64,000 nt of DNA from Halomonas sp. (lineage in GTDB: Bacteria > Pseudomonadota > Gammaproteobacteria > Pseudomonadales > Halomonadaceae): the NCBI GenBank assembly GCA_024636705.1, contig JAGXGN010000061.1, positions 2,264-66,263 of the forward strand, written 5' to 3'. This document shows positions 10,144-20,790 of the stretch, one piece after another (the first letter of the stretch is position 1; each line of letters starts with the position of its first letter). Made by a program: the position numbers and the translations under genes. The notes below the pieces were generated by a model, which made no database searches, had not been told where the DNA came from, and worked only from the letters and a program-made list of their open reading frames with translations.

Positions 10144-11427
10144 ATGACGACAATAATGGTTACCACCATGATCGCCCTGCTGCTGCTGGGCTTTCCGATG
10201 ATGATTCCGCTGACGGCCGCCGCGATCATCGGTTTCTTCATGATGTTCGATGGGTTCGGCCAGATGGGCACCCTGATCCAGCAAATGATGGCCGGCATCC
10301 GTCCTGCCTCGCTGATCGCCGTCCCCATGTTCATCCTCGCCGCGGATATCATGACGCGCGGCCAGTCGGCGGACCGCCTGATCGCCATGGTCATGTCCTT
10401 CATCGGTCATGTGAAGGGCGGTCTGGCGGTCAGCACCGCCGCCTCCTGTACCCTCTTCGGTGCGGTCTCTGGCTCCACCCAGGCCACGGTGGTCGCCGTC
10501 GGCTCCCCCCTGCGTCCCAAGATGCTCAAGGCCGGTTATTCCGATTCCTTCACCCTGGCGCTGATCATCAACGCCAGTGACATCGCCTTTTTGATCCCGC
10601 CGAGCATCGGCATGATCATCTATGGGGTCATCTCGGGCACCTCCATTGGCGAGCTGTTCATCGCCGGTATCGGCCCGGGCATCATGATCCTGATAATGTT
10701 CTCGGCCTATTCCGTGCTCTACGCCGTCATCCGTGACGTGCCCACGGAGCCGAGAGCCGATTGGAGCGAGCGTCTGACGGCCGTGCGCATGGCCCTCTGG
10801 CCGCTTGGCTTCCCGGTAATCATCGTGGGGGGTATCTACGGCGGCATCTTCAGCCCCACCGAGGCGGCGGCGGCCTGCGTGCTCTACGCCATCTTCCTCG
10901 AATTCATCGTCTTCCGTTCCCTCAAGATCAGCAACATCTACGCCATCGCCAAGTCCACCGGCCTGATCACCGCCGTCGTCTTCATTCTGGTGGCCGTCGG
11001 CAATAGTTTCTCGTGGATCATCTCCTTCGCCCAGATCCCCCAGGCACTCCTCGCGGCGGTGGGCATCAACGAGGCCGGCCCGACAGGGGTTCTGATCGCG
11101 ATCTGTATCTCCTTCTTCGTCGCCTGCATGTTCGTCGATCCCATCGTGGTGATCCTGGTACTGACGCCGATCTTCGCCCCGGCCATTGCGGCAACGGGCC
11201 TCGATCCGGTCCTGGTGGGGATCCTGATTACCCTGCAGGTGGCCATCGGCTCCGCGACACCTCCCTTCGGCTGCGACATTTTCACCGCCATCGCCATCTT
11301 CAAGCGCCCCTACTGGGACGTCATCAAGGGCACACCGCCCTTCGTGTTCATGCTGATCCTCGCCGCGGCACTGCTGATCATGTTCCCGCAGATCGCTCTC
11401 TTCCTGCGCGACCTGGCATTCCGTTGA
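10144..11427 (+). CDS. teaC: Ectoine TRAP large permease TeaC
   Basis: DctM motifs LIAVPMF, IPPSI, SPTEAAA, TPPFG. Confidence 0.94.
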   Translation: MTTIMVTTMIALLLLGFPMMIPLTAAAIIGFFMMFDGFGQMGTLIQQMMAGIRPASLIAVPMFILAADIMTRGQSADRLIAMVMSFIGHVKGGLAVSTAASCTLFGAVSGSTQATVVAVGSPLRPKMLKAGYSDSFTLALIINASDIAFLIPPSIGMIIYGVISGTSIGELFIAGIGPGIMILIMFSAYSVLYAVIRDVPTEPRADWSERLTAVRMALWPLGFPVIIVGGIYGGIFSPTEAAAACVLYAIFLEFIVFRSLKISNIYAIAKSTGLITAVVFILVAVGNSFSWIISFAQIPQALLAAVGINEAGPTGVLIAICISFFVACMFVDPIVVILVLTPIFAPAIAATGLDPVLVGILITLQVAIGSATPPFGCDIFTAIAIFKRPYWDVIKGTPPFVFMLILAAALLIMFPQIALFLRDLAFR

Positions 11428-11453
11428 TCCGCTGACACAAGGAGAAAATCACG

Positions 11454-11891
11454 ATGTTCAATCGGATACTGATACCGGTGGACGGCTCGAAGGGCGCCTT
11501 GAAGGCGCTGGAAAAGGCCGTGGGTCTCCAGCTGTTGACCGGTGCCGAACTCTATATCCTCTGTGTATTCAAGCATCACAGCCTGCTTGAGGCCTCGCTC
11601 TCCATGGTGCGGCCAGAGAAGCTTGAGATCCCAGATGATGCCCTCAAGGAATACGCAACCGACATCGCCGTGCATGCCAAGCAGCACGCCATCGAGATGG
11701 GTGTGGAACCTACCAGGATACGCGCCTTCGTGAAGGGGGGGCGCCCGTCTCGCATCATCGTGCGCTTCGCACGGAAGCGGGAATGTGACCTGATCGTGAT
11801 CGGCTCCCAAGGGACCAACGGCGATAATCTGCTGGGCAGTGTCTCCCAGCGAGTGGCCGGTTCGGCACACTGCCCCGTTCTGGTCGTCTGA
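11454..11891 (+). CDS. teaD: Universal stress protein TeaD
   Basis: [15 protein letters not shown]...[18 protein letters not shown]; last gene of tea operon. Confidence 0.93.
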   Translation: MFNRILIPVDGSKGALKALEKAVGLQLLTGAELYILCVFKHHSLLEASLSMVRPEKLEIPDDALKEYATDIAVHAKQHAIEMGVEPTRIRAFVKGGRPSRIIVRFARKRECDLIVIGSQGTNGDNLLGSVSQRVAGSAHCPVLVV

Positions 11892-11910
11892 CGTCAGCCG
11901 TGCCCCTTGA

Positions 11911-11957
11911 CCGGGCCGGTTCCCGAGCTGCCTCCTGCAGATGCGGAACCGGCCCGG
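11911..11957. terminator. Long inverted repeat after teaD
   Basis: CCGGGCCGGTTCC (11911-11923) pairs with GGAACCGGCCCGG (11945-11957); no clear U-tract. Confidence 0.5.
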
Positions 11958-12038
11958 CCCTGTTAGGGTCACAGAGACTCGCTACACCCTTTCCTCAAGA
12001 ACCCAGGCGCCAACGCGCCCAACCAAAAGGTTTTTTTC

Positions 12039-12725
12039 ATGAAGACACTGCTGACTTCCGCTTCCCTGGTCGCCCTGCTGGGCGCCGCCCCCATGGTCCT
12101 GGCCGCCCCGGAAACCGATGATGAGCGCCTGGGCTACAGCCTCGGGGTGACACTCGGACAGAGCATCCAGCAGGATGTCACAGACCTCGATGTCGATGCC
12201 TTCACCCAGGCCATCAATGATGTCTTCGCTGGCGAAGAACTGGCGATGAGCGATGAGGAAATGGCCGAATCGCTGATGGCTTTCCAGCAGGAGGCCATGG
12301 CCGCCCGCGAGGCCGAGACCGCTCAGCAAGCAGAGGCCAATCGTGCCGAGGGCGAGGCCTACCTGGCGGAAAACGCCGAGCAGGATGGCGTGACCATCAC
12401 CGACTCGGGCCTGCAGTATCGAGCGCTAGAGAGCGGTGACGGCGAGACTCCGGCGACCGATGATACCGTCGAGGTGCATTACGAGGGCAAGTTGATCGAT
12501 GGCACCGTGTTCGACAGTTCCTACGAGCGTGGAGAGCCGGTGAGTTTCCAGGTCGGCCAGGTGATCCCGGGCTGGCAGGAAGCCCTTCAGTTGATGAACG
12601 TGGGCGATGTTTGGGAGATCGTGATTCCCTCCGACCTGGCCTATGGCGACCAGGGCCAGGGACCCATCGGGCCTAACGAGACACTGATCTTCAAGGTCGA
12701 ACTGCTCGGTATCGACGGCGAGTGA
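12039..12725 (+). CDS. FKBP-type peptidyl-prolyl isomerase (FkpA/FklB/Mip family), exported
   Basis: Signal peptide; SGLQY, VHYEG, FDSSY, VIPGW, LAYG, LIFKVEL motifs. Confidence 0.95.
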   Translation: MKTLLTSASLVALLGAAPMVLAAPETDDERLGYSLGVTLGQSIQQDVTDLDVDAFTQAINDVFAGEELAMSDEEMAESLMAFQQEAMAAREAETAQQAEANRAEGEAYLAENAEQDGVTITDSGLQYRALESGDGETPATDDTVEVHYEGKLIDGTVFDSSYERGEPVSFQVGQVIPGWQEALQLMNVGDVWEIVIPSDLAYGDQGQGPIGPNETLIFKVELLGIDGE

Positions 12726-12735
12726 TCCGCTGCGC

Positions 12736-13791
12736 ATGAAGATCACCGCCTTGTCATTGACGGTCGGCCTTCTCCTGGCATTGACGACTAGCCCTGTTGC
12801 CGCTGAGGAGCCACCCGCCGAGCTTCCGCGTCTTGGCCTGAATCCCGAGTCGACCAGCGTGATCGGGGTCTCGTCAGGGGGCTACATGGCGACCCAACTG
12901 GCCGTTGCCTGGCCGAGCCGCTTTGCGGGCCTCGGCGTGCTCGCTGCCGGCCCCTGGGGCTGCGCTCGCGGCACCCTGAGCCTGGCACTGGGCCAGTGCA
13001 TGTATACCCGGCTGGGGCCTCCCGACATGGCCGCTCTGGAAACACGCCATCGGGACTATCTGGAACGGGACCTGGTGGGTAGCCTCGAGGCACTGGCATC
13101 ATTGAAGGCCTTCGTCTGGCAAGGCGGCGAAGACGACGTCATTGCCCCCTCGCTGGGCAGGGCCCTGGCGGAGCAGCTCTCGGGGTGGCTGGCAGACCCC
13201 GAGACACAGTTGCGCTATCTGGAGACCGATGGTGCCGGCCATGGATGGCCTATCGACGCCACGCCACGCCTGGCCCCGAGCGAACAGGACGACTGTCGAT
13301 CGGGAAGCGCGGCTTACCTGCTGGCCTGCGACCTGGATATCGCCGGCGAGGCCTTGACCTGGCTGCATGGCGACCTCAGCCCCCCGGCGCCCGACGCGAC
13401 GCCCGCGGGTATCCTGACGCGATTCGACCAGTCGGCATTCGATACCAAGGGATTCGCCGACAGCGGCTACCTGTTCGTGCCGGAGGGATGTGAAATGGGG
13501 GGCTGCGACCTGACCATCGCCCTGCACGGCTGTGGCATGGCCAGCGAGACACTCGGCGATACCTTCGTACGCCGCAACGGGCTGAATGCCTGGGCAGGCG
13601 CCAACCAGCGCGTGGTGCTCTACCCCCAGGCGGAAACCAGCCTGGCCAATCCCCAGGGTTGCTGGGACTGGTGGGGCTTCACCGAGAGTACCTGGCAGCT
13701 CGACCCTATGCATGACTCCCGCCAGGGTAGTCAGGTTTCGGCGCTGATGGCCATGATCGACAGGCTCGAGGCGCCTGTCGAGCGAAACTGA
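12736..13791 (+). CDS. Secreted PHB depolymerase family esterase (catalytic domain type 2-like)
   Basis: Signal peptide, lipase box GVSSG, LHGC, VLYPQ, NPQGCWDWWG. Confidence 0.82.
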   Translation: MKITALSLTVGLLLALTTSPVAAEEPPAELPRLGLNPESTSVIGVSSGGYMATQLAVAWPSRFAGLGVLAAGPWGCARGTLSLALGQCMYTRLGPPDMAALETRHRDYLERDLVGSLEALASLKAFVWQGGEDDVIAPSLGRALAEQLSGWLADPETQLRYLETDGAGHGWPIDATPRLAPSEQDDCRSGSAAYLLACDLDIAGEALTWLHGDLSPPAPDATPAGILTRFDQSAFDTKGFADSGYLFVPEGCEMGGCDLTIALHGCGMASETLGDTFVRRNGLNAWAGANQRVVLYPQAETSLANPQGCWDWWGFTESTWQLDPMHDSRQGSQVSALMAMIDRLEAPVERN

Positions 13792-13975
13792 TAAGCGGAC
13801 ATCTTGGCCGCTCAACTGCGCCTGGGTGCCGGTGGCAGCGATGAAGGCATCGCCGAAGAAACCGGAGTATTCGTCAAGGTGCTCCAAGGTGCCCCGCTCG
13901 GGATCCACGGAGATCAGCACGAAGACGACTCGCCGGCGCTGCCCCCGGTCCCATCCGGATACCCTTGCGTTTCAT
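13792..13975 (-). pseudogene. SCO1/SenC copper-chaperone gene remnant
   Basis: Internal frame reads RVVFVLISVDPERGTLEHLDEYSGFFGDAFIAATGTQAQL; ATG 13975 is in another frame; CxxxC region and C-terminus missing. Confidence 0.75.
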
Positions 13976-14481
13976 CGCCCGGGTCGCTCCACATCAAAGT
14001 CGAAACGGCTCCCCAGTCGGCCATCGGCGGTTTCCACCACCACGATGGCCTGCCAGGGCATGACAGCGTCGGTACAGAAGGATAGCTGGCCTTCGCCGCG
14101 AAAAACCCCATCCTCGCCGGGGGAAAGCGCGAAGTGATGAAACCCCATGTCCATGTCACGCCCCACGAATTCCACTTCGACGGACCGGGCCTCGACCCCC
14201 GAGAGGCTGACGGCCAAGGGCAGGATTTCCTGAGCCCGGATGGGGCCTTCACCACCCATCTCGAAGGCCAGTACCGAGTCCCCCAGTCTTGCAGTACAAG
14301 CCCCGCCATGAAGGTTACAGGGCGTGGTCGAGGCGATCCAGTGGACCTCCCTGCCGAGGCGAAGACTATGGCTGGCCAGGTACCAGAGCGCCACGACCAC
14401 CGCGATCAAGGTCACCAGGATCAGGAAACGCAGCGAGGCCGGGCGTGATGCGTCGGGGCCAATCGGGAAATCTTCGGGCAT
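13972..14481 (-). CDS. Membrane-anchored hypothetical protein (Cys-containing periplasmic domain)
   Basis: One N-terminal TM; PCNLHGGAC, GRDMDMG, FCTDAVMPW; stop overlaps ATG of SCO remnant. Confidence 0.75.
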   Translation of the reverse strand: MPEDFPIGPDASRPASLRFLILVTLIAVVVALWYLASHSLRLGREVHWIASTTPCNLHGGACTARLGDSVLAFEMGGEGPIRAQEILPLAVSLSGVEARSVEVEFVGRDMDMGFHHFALSPGEDGVFRGEGQLSFCTDAVMPWQAIVVVETADGRLGSRFDFDVERPGR

Positions 14482-14591
14482 GGGAGTGAAACACGGCCTT
14501 TCATCGAGGCAAATTGACGGTAAGCTTACCAGCATTTGTCCTGGCTCGGTTGCGCAAGGATGTCGCAGGGGCCATGCAGGAGGAAGACGGA

Positions 14592-15506
14592 ATGGAAGGG
14601 GTGGCAAGCGCACTGGGACCCTTGTTCCTGTTGATACTACTCGGTGCCTTGCTGGGGTGGCAGCGCCAGCCTGGAGGCGATTTCTGGCCACGACTCGAAC
14701 GGCTGGTCTATTTCCTGCTGTTCCCCGCCATGCTGGTCTCGACGCTGGCCACCGCCGACATGGCCCGGGTACCCGTGATCCGCCTGGCCCTGGTCTTGCT
14801 CGGTGCCATCGGCCTGTTCGCCATCCTGCTGTGGTGCCTTCGCGAGAGGCTTCGCCTCGACGGTCCGGCCTTCACCTCGGCCTTCCAGGGTTCGCTGCGC
14901 TTCAATACCTATGTCGGCGTGGCCGGAGCGGCCGCCCTGCATGGAAGTGCGGGGACCACGGTAGGCGCCGTGGCTGTGGCCTTGATGATACCGGTGGTCA
15001 ATGTCCTCTGTGTGGCCAGCTTCATCGCTGCCGGCACCCTGGGAGCCTCCAGCCTCGGCAAGAGCCTGGGAGCCCTGGTCCGCAATCCGCTGATACTGGC
15101 TTGCCTGACCGGCATCGGGCTGAACCTGAGCGGTATCGGCCTGCCCGGCTGGAGCGGTCCCAGCGTCGAGCTGCTGGGCCGCGCCGCCCTGCCACTGGGC
15201 CTGGTCGCCGTGGGAGTGGCACTGCGACCCGCCGCCCTGATCCGCCTCGAACGAGGGGTCTGGATCACCCACCTGATCAAGCTGGTACTGATGCCCGCCC
15301 TGGTAATGGCCCTGGCCATGGTGCTGGGGCTGGATCCGGTCACCCGGGATGTCGCGCTGCTGTTCGCCGCCCTGCCCACGGCCACCTCGGCCTATATCCT
15401 CTCCCGCCAGCTGGGTGGCGATGCGGAACTGATGGCCGCCCTGATCACCGGCCAGACGCTGCTGGCCATGGTGACGCTGCCGCTCTGGCTGCAGCTAGCC
15501 GGGTGA
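14592..15506 (+). CDS. AEC (auxin efflux carrier) family transporter
   Basis: LVYFLLFPA, RFNTYVG, LVRNPLI, LPTA motifs; GGAGG RBS. Confidence 0.9.
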   Translation: MEGVASALGPLFLLILLGALLGWQRQPGGDFWPRLERLVYFLLFPAMLVSTLATADMARVPVIRLALVLLGAIGLFAILLWCLRERLRLDGPAFTSAFQGSLRFNTYVGVAGAAALHGSAGTTVGAVAVALMIPVVNVLCVASFIAAGTLGASSLGKSLGALVRNPLILACLTGIGLNLSGIGLPGWSGPSVELLGRAALPLGLVAVGVALRPAALIRLERGVWITHLIKLVLMPALVMALAMVLGLDPVTRDVALLFAALPTATSAYILSRQLGGDAELMAALITGQTLLAMVTLPLWLQLAG

Positions 15507-15512
15507 TCCGTC

Positions 15513-16259
15513 TCAACCGATTCGGCGGTAGATCAGGTCCCAGACGCCGTGGCCCAACTTCTCGCCACGGGCCTCGAACTTGGTCAGCGGACGGAAGTCC
15601 GGCCGCGGCACATAGGGAGCCGTCCCGGCGGTGGCCGTGTTGCAAAAACCCGGTGCGGCATCCATTACCTCGGCCATCCACTCGGCATAGGCCGCCCAGT
15701 CGGTGGCCATGTGAAGCGTCCCGCCGATCCTCAGGCGCGTGCGGATCAGCTCGACGAATGCGGGCTGAACGATGCGCCGCTTGTGGTGCTTCTTCTTGGG
15801 CCAGGGATCGGGGAAGAACAGCTGCAGGGTATCGAGACTCGCCTCGGGCAGGCACTGATCGAGGACCGCCAGGGCATCCTCACGGTAGACGCGCAGGTTG
15901 GTCAGGCCGCGCTTGTCGGCCTCGTCCAGTAGCTTGCCGACGCCGGGGGCATGCACCTCGATACCGATGAAGTCGGTCTCCGGATGGGTCTCGGCCTGCT
16001 CGATCAGTGACCCCCCCATACCGAAGCCGATCTCCACCACCCGAGGGGCCGCGCGGCCGAACAGGCTATCGAGGTCCTGGTGGCCGTCGGCGAGGGTCAG
16101 GCCCAGCCGCGGCCAGACCGCTTCCAGCCCCCGTGCCTGGGCCTGGGTGGCACGCCCGGCGCGAAGCACATAACTCTTGATGCCGCGGCGATGCAGGGGC
16201 GCCCCGGTGGCGTCGGGTCCCTGGGTGGAAGCGGGATTCTCGTGTCGCGATAGCGTCAT
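15513..16259 (-). CDS. trmB: tRNA (guanine-N7)-methyltransferase
   Basis: [30 protein letters not shown] motifs. Confidence 0.96.
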   Translation of the reverse strand: MTLSRHENPASTQGPDATGAPLHRRGIKSYVLRAGRATQAQARGLEAVWPRLGLTLADGHQDLDSLFGRAAPRVVEIGFGMGGSLIEQAETHPETDFIGIEVHAPGVGKLLDEADKRGLTNLRVYREDALAVLDQCLPEASLDTLQLFFPDPWPKKKHHKRRIVQPAFVELIRTRLRIGGTLHMATDWAAYAEWMAEVMDAAPGFCNTATAGTAPYVPRPDFRPLTKFEARGEKLGHGVWDLIYRRIG

Positions 16260-16302
16260 GGGGTCGTTGGATGCTCGTGAGGGGAAACAGGAGTCGACGG
16301 AT

Positions 16303-17100
16303 TCAGCCATTGATCCGGCCGGCAAAGGGCGAGGACGCCTCCGCGCTCTGGCGGCGCGGCATGCGACCGGCAAGAAAGGCCTCCCGGCCGGCCTCCACCG
16401 CCTTCTTCATCGCCCCGGCCATGAGCACCGGCTGGCGAGCATGGGCGATGGCGGAGTTCATGAGCACGGCGTCACAGCCCAGCTCCATGGCCTGGGCGGC
16501 CTCGGAGGCGGTACCGATCCCGGCATCCACCAGCACGGGAACACTGGCCTGTTCGATGATCAGGCGGATGTTGTAGGGATTCTGGATGCCGTGGCCGGAG
16601 CCGATTAGCGAGCCCAGGGGCATGATGGCACAGCAGCCGAGGCGCTCGAGCTCCCGCGCGACGATGGGGTCGTCACTGGTGTAGACCATGACGTCGAAGC
16701 CGTCCTCGACCAGTTCTCGAGCCGCCTCGAGCGTCTCCACCACATTGGGATAGAGGGTCGCGTCGTCGCCGAGCACCTCGAGCTTGACCAGGTTGTGGCC
16801 ATCGAGCAGTTCGCGGGCCAGCTTGCAGGTGCGTACCGCATCCCTGGCCGTATAGCAGCCGGCGGTATTGGGCAGAAGGGTGAAACGCTCCGGAGGCACG
16901 GCATCCAGGAGGTTGGGCTCTCCGGCGTCCTGCCCCAGATTGGTGCGACGGACGGCGAAGGTCACGATCTCGGTGCCGCTGGCGCTGATGGCCTCGGCGG
17001 TCTCGTCGAAATCCTTGTACTTACCGGTACCGACCAAGAGGCGTGAGGCGAACTCGCGCCCGGCGATGCGCAATAGCTGGTCCTGGACAAGATCACTCAT
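16303..17100 (-). CDS. thiG: Thiazole synthase
   Basis: [28 protein letters not shown] motifs. Confidence 0.97.
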   Translation of the reverse strand: MSDLVQDQLLRIAGREFASRLLVGTGKYKDFDETAEAISASGTEIVTFAVRRTNLGQDAGEPNLLDAVPPERFTLLPNTAGCYTARDAVRTCKLARELLDGHNLVKLEVLGDDATLYPNVVETLEAARELVEDGFDVMVYTSDDPIVARELERLGCCAIMPLGSLIGSGHGIQNPYNIRLIIEQASVPVLVDAGIGTASEAAQAMELGCDAVLMNSAIAHARQPVLMAGAMKKAVEAGREAFLAGRMPRRQSAEASSPFAGRING

Positions 17101-17124
17101 CGTTGACTCCTGTATTCCTGGCGA

Positions 17125-17328
17125 TTAGCCACCGCCGATGGCATGGACGACTTCCACCCGATCCCCCTCGCCGAGGCGGGTCGAGCCGTGCTCGCTGCGC
17201 GGCACGATCTCTTCGTTGACCTCCACGGCGATACGCCGTCCGGTCAACCTCAGGGATTCAACCAGTTCGGCAACCGAGCGGGTCTCGGGTTCCAGGGTCA
17301 GGGCTTCGCCATTGAGCTGGATCTGCAT
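17125..17328 (-). CDS. thiS: Sulfur carrier protein ThiS
   Basis: 67 aa, IAVEVNEEIVPRS, C-terminal GG. Confidence 0.96.
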   Translation of the reverse strand: MQIQLNGEALTLEPETRSVAELVESLRLTGRRIAVEVNEEIVPRSEHGSTRLGEGDRVEVVHAIGGG

Positions 17329-17428
17329 GGCATCCTCTCCCTCTTGACGGGTGTTGCAGGGTGCATATTGTAGCCGGTCAGGGCCTGCAGGGGTATGTTA
17401 GGTCGCATTCGACGACAAGGAGACGGCC

Positions 17429-17833
17429 ATGCGGGACAGAGGCTGGTGGCTGGGTGCCGCCCTTTCGGGCGCCCTGGTGGTGATGGCCGGCGCCTTCGGC
17501 GCCCACGCCCTGGCGGGACAACTGGAGCCGCGGCTGGCGGCCGCCTTCGAGACCGGCGTGCGTTATCAGGCCTGGCATACCCTGGGCCTGCTGGGCGTAC
17601 TGGCCTGGCGCGCCGCCAACCCCCTGGCGGGCCAGCAGCTCGCCCTCGGGCTCTGGGCCGCGGGCACGCTGCTCTTCTCGGGTTCCTTGTATGCCATGGC
17701 GTTGAGCGGAGTGCGCGGCCTGGGCATGGTCACCCCAGTCGGTGGCCTTCTGCTGATCGCGGGCTGGCTGGCCCTGGCCGTCTGCGTGATACGCGCACGG
17801 CCGCTCGATCAATCGGGGTCGGGAAGCACATAG
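17429..17833 (+). CDS. DUF423 (YgdD-like) membrane protein
   Basis: GAFGAH, YQAWH, LFSGSLY, TPVGG motifs. Confidence 0.9.
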   Translation: MRDRGWWLGAALSGALVVMAGAFGAHALAGQLEPRLAAAFETGVRYQAWHTLGLLGVLAWRAANPLAGQQLALGLWAAGTLLFSGSLYAMALSGVRGLGMVTPVGGLLLIAGWLALAVCVIRARPLDQSGSGST

Positions 17834-18222
17834 GTCGCGGTGACCAGGGCCACGGGCTCCTCATCACCGGCGGAGAACACCTGAACCTCGCCGACGGCGA
17901 GGCGGCGACCCAGCTTGACCAGGCGCGCGTTGGCGATCAGATCGCGATCCCCCCGGGCGCGCCGCAGGAAACGACAGTGCAGGTCACTGGTCACCGCCAT
18001 GGGCTCGGGACCGATCTCCGCCAGGATCGCCACATAGAGGCAGACGTCGGCCAGGCCCATCAGGGTCGGACCCGAAACGCTGGCACCGGGTCGCAGGTGC
18101 TCATCCTCGATGGCCAGGCTCATCGTCGCCCGCCGGTGATCGACGCCCTCAATGGTTCCTACCCGCTGGGGAAAGACGTCATCGAGGAAGTCCTCGATGG
18201 CGGCGGCGGTCATCACGGTCAT
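17809..18222 (-). CDS. PaaI family hotdog-fold thioesterase
   Basis: LRPGASVSGPTLMGLAD, AVTSDL, KLGRRL; AGGAG RBS. Confidence 0.88.
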   Translation of the reverse strand: MTVMTAAAIEDFLDDVFPQRVGTIEGVDHRRATMSLAIEDEHLRPGASVSGPTLMGLADVCLYVAILAEIGPEPMAVTSDLHCRFLRRARGDRDLIANARLVKLGRRLAVGEVQVFSAGDEEPVALVTATYVLPDPD

Positions 18223-18277
18223 CGCTGGACTCCTGGCGGCTTGGGTGGCACCCCGATGGCGTTGACACGACCATAAC

Positions 18278-18308
18278 CCAAAGCGCCCCGGAGGAGTATC
18301 CGGGGCGC
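18278..18308 (-). terminator. Intrinsic terminator after glcB
   Basis: Minus strand GCGCCCCGG-loop-CCGGGGCGC followed by TTTGGGTT. Confidence 0.65.
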
Positions 18309-18352
18309 CTGGCCAGCAAGTGTCGATACTAGTGCAACTCGCGTGTCCTTGG

Positions 18353-20542
18353 TTACTTGGCCTTGTGCACCGCACGCCAATGGTGCAGCAGGGGTTCGGT
18401 ATAACCGGACGGCTGCTCACGACCCTTGAAGATGAGGTCGCTGGCGGCCTTGAAGGCCGTGGAGGCCGCGAAGTCGGCACTCATGGGCGTATAGTCCGGG
18501 TCATCGGCATTCTGCTTGTCGACCACCCTGGCCATGCGCTCCAGGGTCTGGTTGATGCGTTCGGCATCGACCACGCCGTGATGCAGCCAGTTGGCGAGCA
18601 GCTGGCTGGCGATACGCAGGGTCGCACGGTCTTCCATCAGGCCCACGTCATGGATGTCCGGCACCTTGGAACAGCCCACGCCATGCTCGACCCACCGCAC
18701 TACATAGCCGAGGATCCCCTGGCAGTTGTTATCGAGCTCCTGCTGGATTTCCTCGTCCTTCCAGTCGGGATTCTCGGCGACCGGCACGGTCAGGAGATCA
18801 TCGAGCAATTCCTCCATCAAGGGGGCGGCGTCACCCTGGCCTTCCAGTTCACGCTGGACCGCGGCCACATCCACCTGATGGTAATGCAGCGCATGCAGGA
18901 CGGCAGCGGTGGGTGAGGGTACCCAGGCGGTGTTGGCGCCGGCCTTCGGGTGGCCGATCTTCTGTTCCAGCATGTCGGCCATCAGGTCCGGCATGGCCCA
19001 CATGCCCTTGCCGATCTGGGCACGCCCGCGCAAGCCGCAGGCCAGGCCGGTCAGGACGTTACTGCGCTCGTAGGCCTTGATCCAGGCGGAACTCTTCATG
19101 TCGCCCTTACGAATCATCGGACCGGCTTCCATGGCGGTATGCATCTCGTCACCGGTACGATCCAGGAAGCCGGTGTTGATGAACACCACCCGACCGGTGG
19201 CCTCGGCGATACACGCCTTGAGATTGACAGAGGTGCGACGTTCCTCGTCCATGATACCCATCTTCAGGGTGTTGCGGCGCATCCCGAGGACGTCCTCGAC
19301 GCGACCGAAGAGCGCATTGGAGAAGGCCACTTCCTTGGGGCCGTGCATCTTCGGCTTGACGATGTACATGGAGCCGGTGCGGGAATTTCGCGGCTCGCCC
19401 TCACCCTTGTTCAGGTCATGCAGGGCGATCAGCCCGGTCATGACGGCATCCAGGATGCCTTCGGGCACTTCGTTTCCGTTGGCGTCCAACACCGCGGGGG
19501 TGGTCATCAGGTGGCCGACGTTGCGCACGAACATCAGCGAACGGCCCGGCAGCACGACCTCATGGCCCTCGGGATTGGTCCAGCGACGGTCGGCGTTCAG
19601 TCGACGGGTGATGGTCTTGTCGCCCTTGGCGACCTGCTCTTCCAGGTCGCCTTTCATCAGGCCAAGCCAGTTGCGGTAGACGCCGACCTTGTCCTCGGCA
19701 TCGACCGCCGCCACGGAGTCCTCGCAGTCCATGATGGTGGTCACGGCAGCCTCGACGACCAGATCCTTGACGCCCGCCGGATCGGTCTTGCCGATCGGGT
19801 GGTTCGGGTCGATCTGGATCTCCAGGTGCAGGCCGTGATTGACCAGCAGCACGGCATCCGGACTGGCGGCGTCACCGCTGAAGCCGACCAGCTTGCCCGG
19901 ATCCTTGAGGCCGGTCTCGCGCCCCCCTTCCAGGCTGACCACCAGGTGGCCATCGCGCAGGACGTACTTGACGGCATCGCGGTGGGAGCCGGTGGCCAGG
20001 GGAGCCGCACGGTCCAGCACGCCGCGGGCGTAGGCAATGACCTTTTCGCCGCGCTTGGGATTGAAGCTTGTGCCCTTCTCGGCGCCGTTCTCCTCGGAGA
20101 TGGCATCGGTTCCGTAGAGGGCATCGTAGAGGCTACCCCAGCGCGCATTGGCGGCATTCAGCGCATAGCGGGCATTGTTGACCGGCACCACCAGTTGGGG
20201 ACCGGCCTGGACGGCGATCTCGGGATCCACATCAGAGGTGGTGACGCTGACCTTGGCCGGGGCATCGACCAGATAACCGGTCTTCTTGAGGTAGGCGCGG
20301 TAGGTGGCCATGTCACGCACCGGGCCGGGATTGTCGCGATGCCAGGTCTCGAGCGCGTCCTGCAGCCGATCACGTTCAGCGAGCAGTTCTCGATTCCTGG
20401 GTGTCAGATCATGGAAGAGGGCATCCACGCCTGACCAGAAGGCCTCGATGTCGACGCCGGTGCCAGGGAGCGCCTGTTCGGAAATGAAGCGGTCCAGCTC
20501 GGCAGCCACCTTGAGGCCGTGGTGAGTGACGCGTTCGGTCAT
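18353..20542 (-). CDS. glcB: Malate synthase G
   Basis: [45 protein letters not shown]; AGGAG RBS before 20542. Confidence 0.97.
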   Translation of the reverse strand: MTERVTHHGLKVAAELDRFISEQALPGTGVDIEAFWSGVDALFHDLTPRNRELLAERDRLQDALETWHRDNPGPVRDMATYRAYLKKTGYLVDAPAKVSVTTSDVDPEIAVQAGPQLVVPVNNARYALNAANARWGSLYDALYGTDAISEENGAEKGTSFNPKRGEKVIAYARGVLDRAAPLATGSHRDAVKYVLRDGHLVVSLEGGRETGLKDPGKLVGFSGDAASPDAVLLVNHGLHLEIQIDPNHPIGKTDPAGVKDLVVEAAVTTIMDCEDSVAAVDAEDKVGVYRNWLGLMKGDLEEQVAKGDKTITRRLNADRRWTNPEGHEVVLPGRSLMFVRNVGHLMTTPAVLDANGNEVPEGILDAVMTGLIALHDLNKGEGEPRNSRTGSMYIVKPKMHGPKEVAFSNALFGRVEDVLGMRRNTLKMGIMDEERRTSVNLKACIAEATGRVVFINTGFLDRTGDEMHTAMEAGPMIRKGDMKSSAWIKAYERSNVLTGLACGLRGRAQIGKGMWAMPDLMADMLEQKIGHPKAGANTAWVPSPTAAVLHALHYHQVDVAAVQRELEGQGDAAPLMEELLDDLLTVPVAENPDWKDEEIQQELDNNCQGILGYVVRWVEHGVGCSKVPDIHDVGLMEDRATLRIASQLLANWLHHGVVDAERINQTLERMARVVDKQNADDPDYTPMSADFAASTAFKAASDLIFKGREQPSGYTEPLLHHWRAVHKAK

Positions 20543-20628
20543 GGGTGGATCTCCTAATGCTTGGTGCCGAACGCGTGTGGCATCGCTCGGCGGGAATCGG
20601 GGTCGCTGATCACTAACACTCAATTTTG

Positions 20629-20643
20629 TGAAAAATAATTCCA
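20629..20643. promoter_or_regulatory. Putative IclR-family operator upstream of glcB
   Basis: TGGAATTATTTTTCA (minus strand) resembles IclR box TGGAAATNATTTCCA. Confidence 0.6.
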
Positions 20644-20790
20644 TATGTAAAGCCTAAGGGTCACTTTGCCTTGCGGACCTTTCCTTACTGACAAGGGGAC
20701 CGGAAAGCCGAGAGACCCTGCGAACTGCAGGGAATTGGTGGCTCCCCCGCCGGCTTAAGGCTAGCATGACCAGGCGTTGCGGAGGATGCG

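Noticed and set aside
13804-14085. 93-aa plus-strand ORF
   Set aside because: Antisense to the SCO remnant and its upstream gene.
14324-15970. 548-aa Arg/Pro/Gly-rich plus-strand ORF
   Set aside because: Off-frame overlap of the AEC transporter and trmB with typical shadow composition.
17329-17428. Possible TPP riboswitch upstream of thiS (or thiD)
   Set aside because: No conserved GCTGAGA/GATAATGC elements seen; thiD has no leader space.
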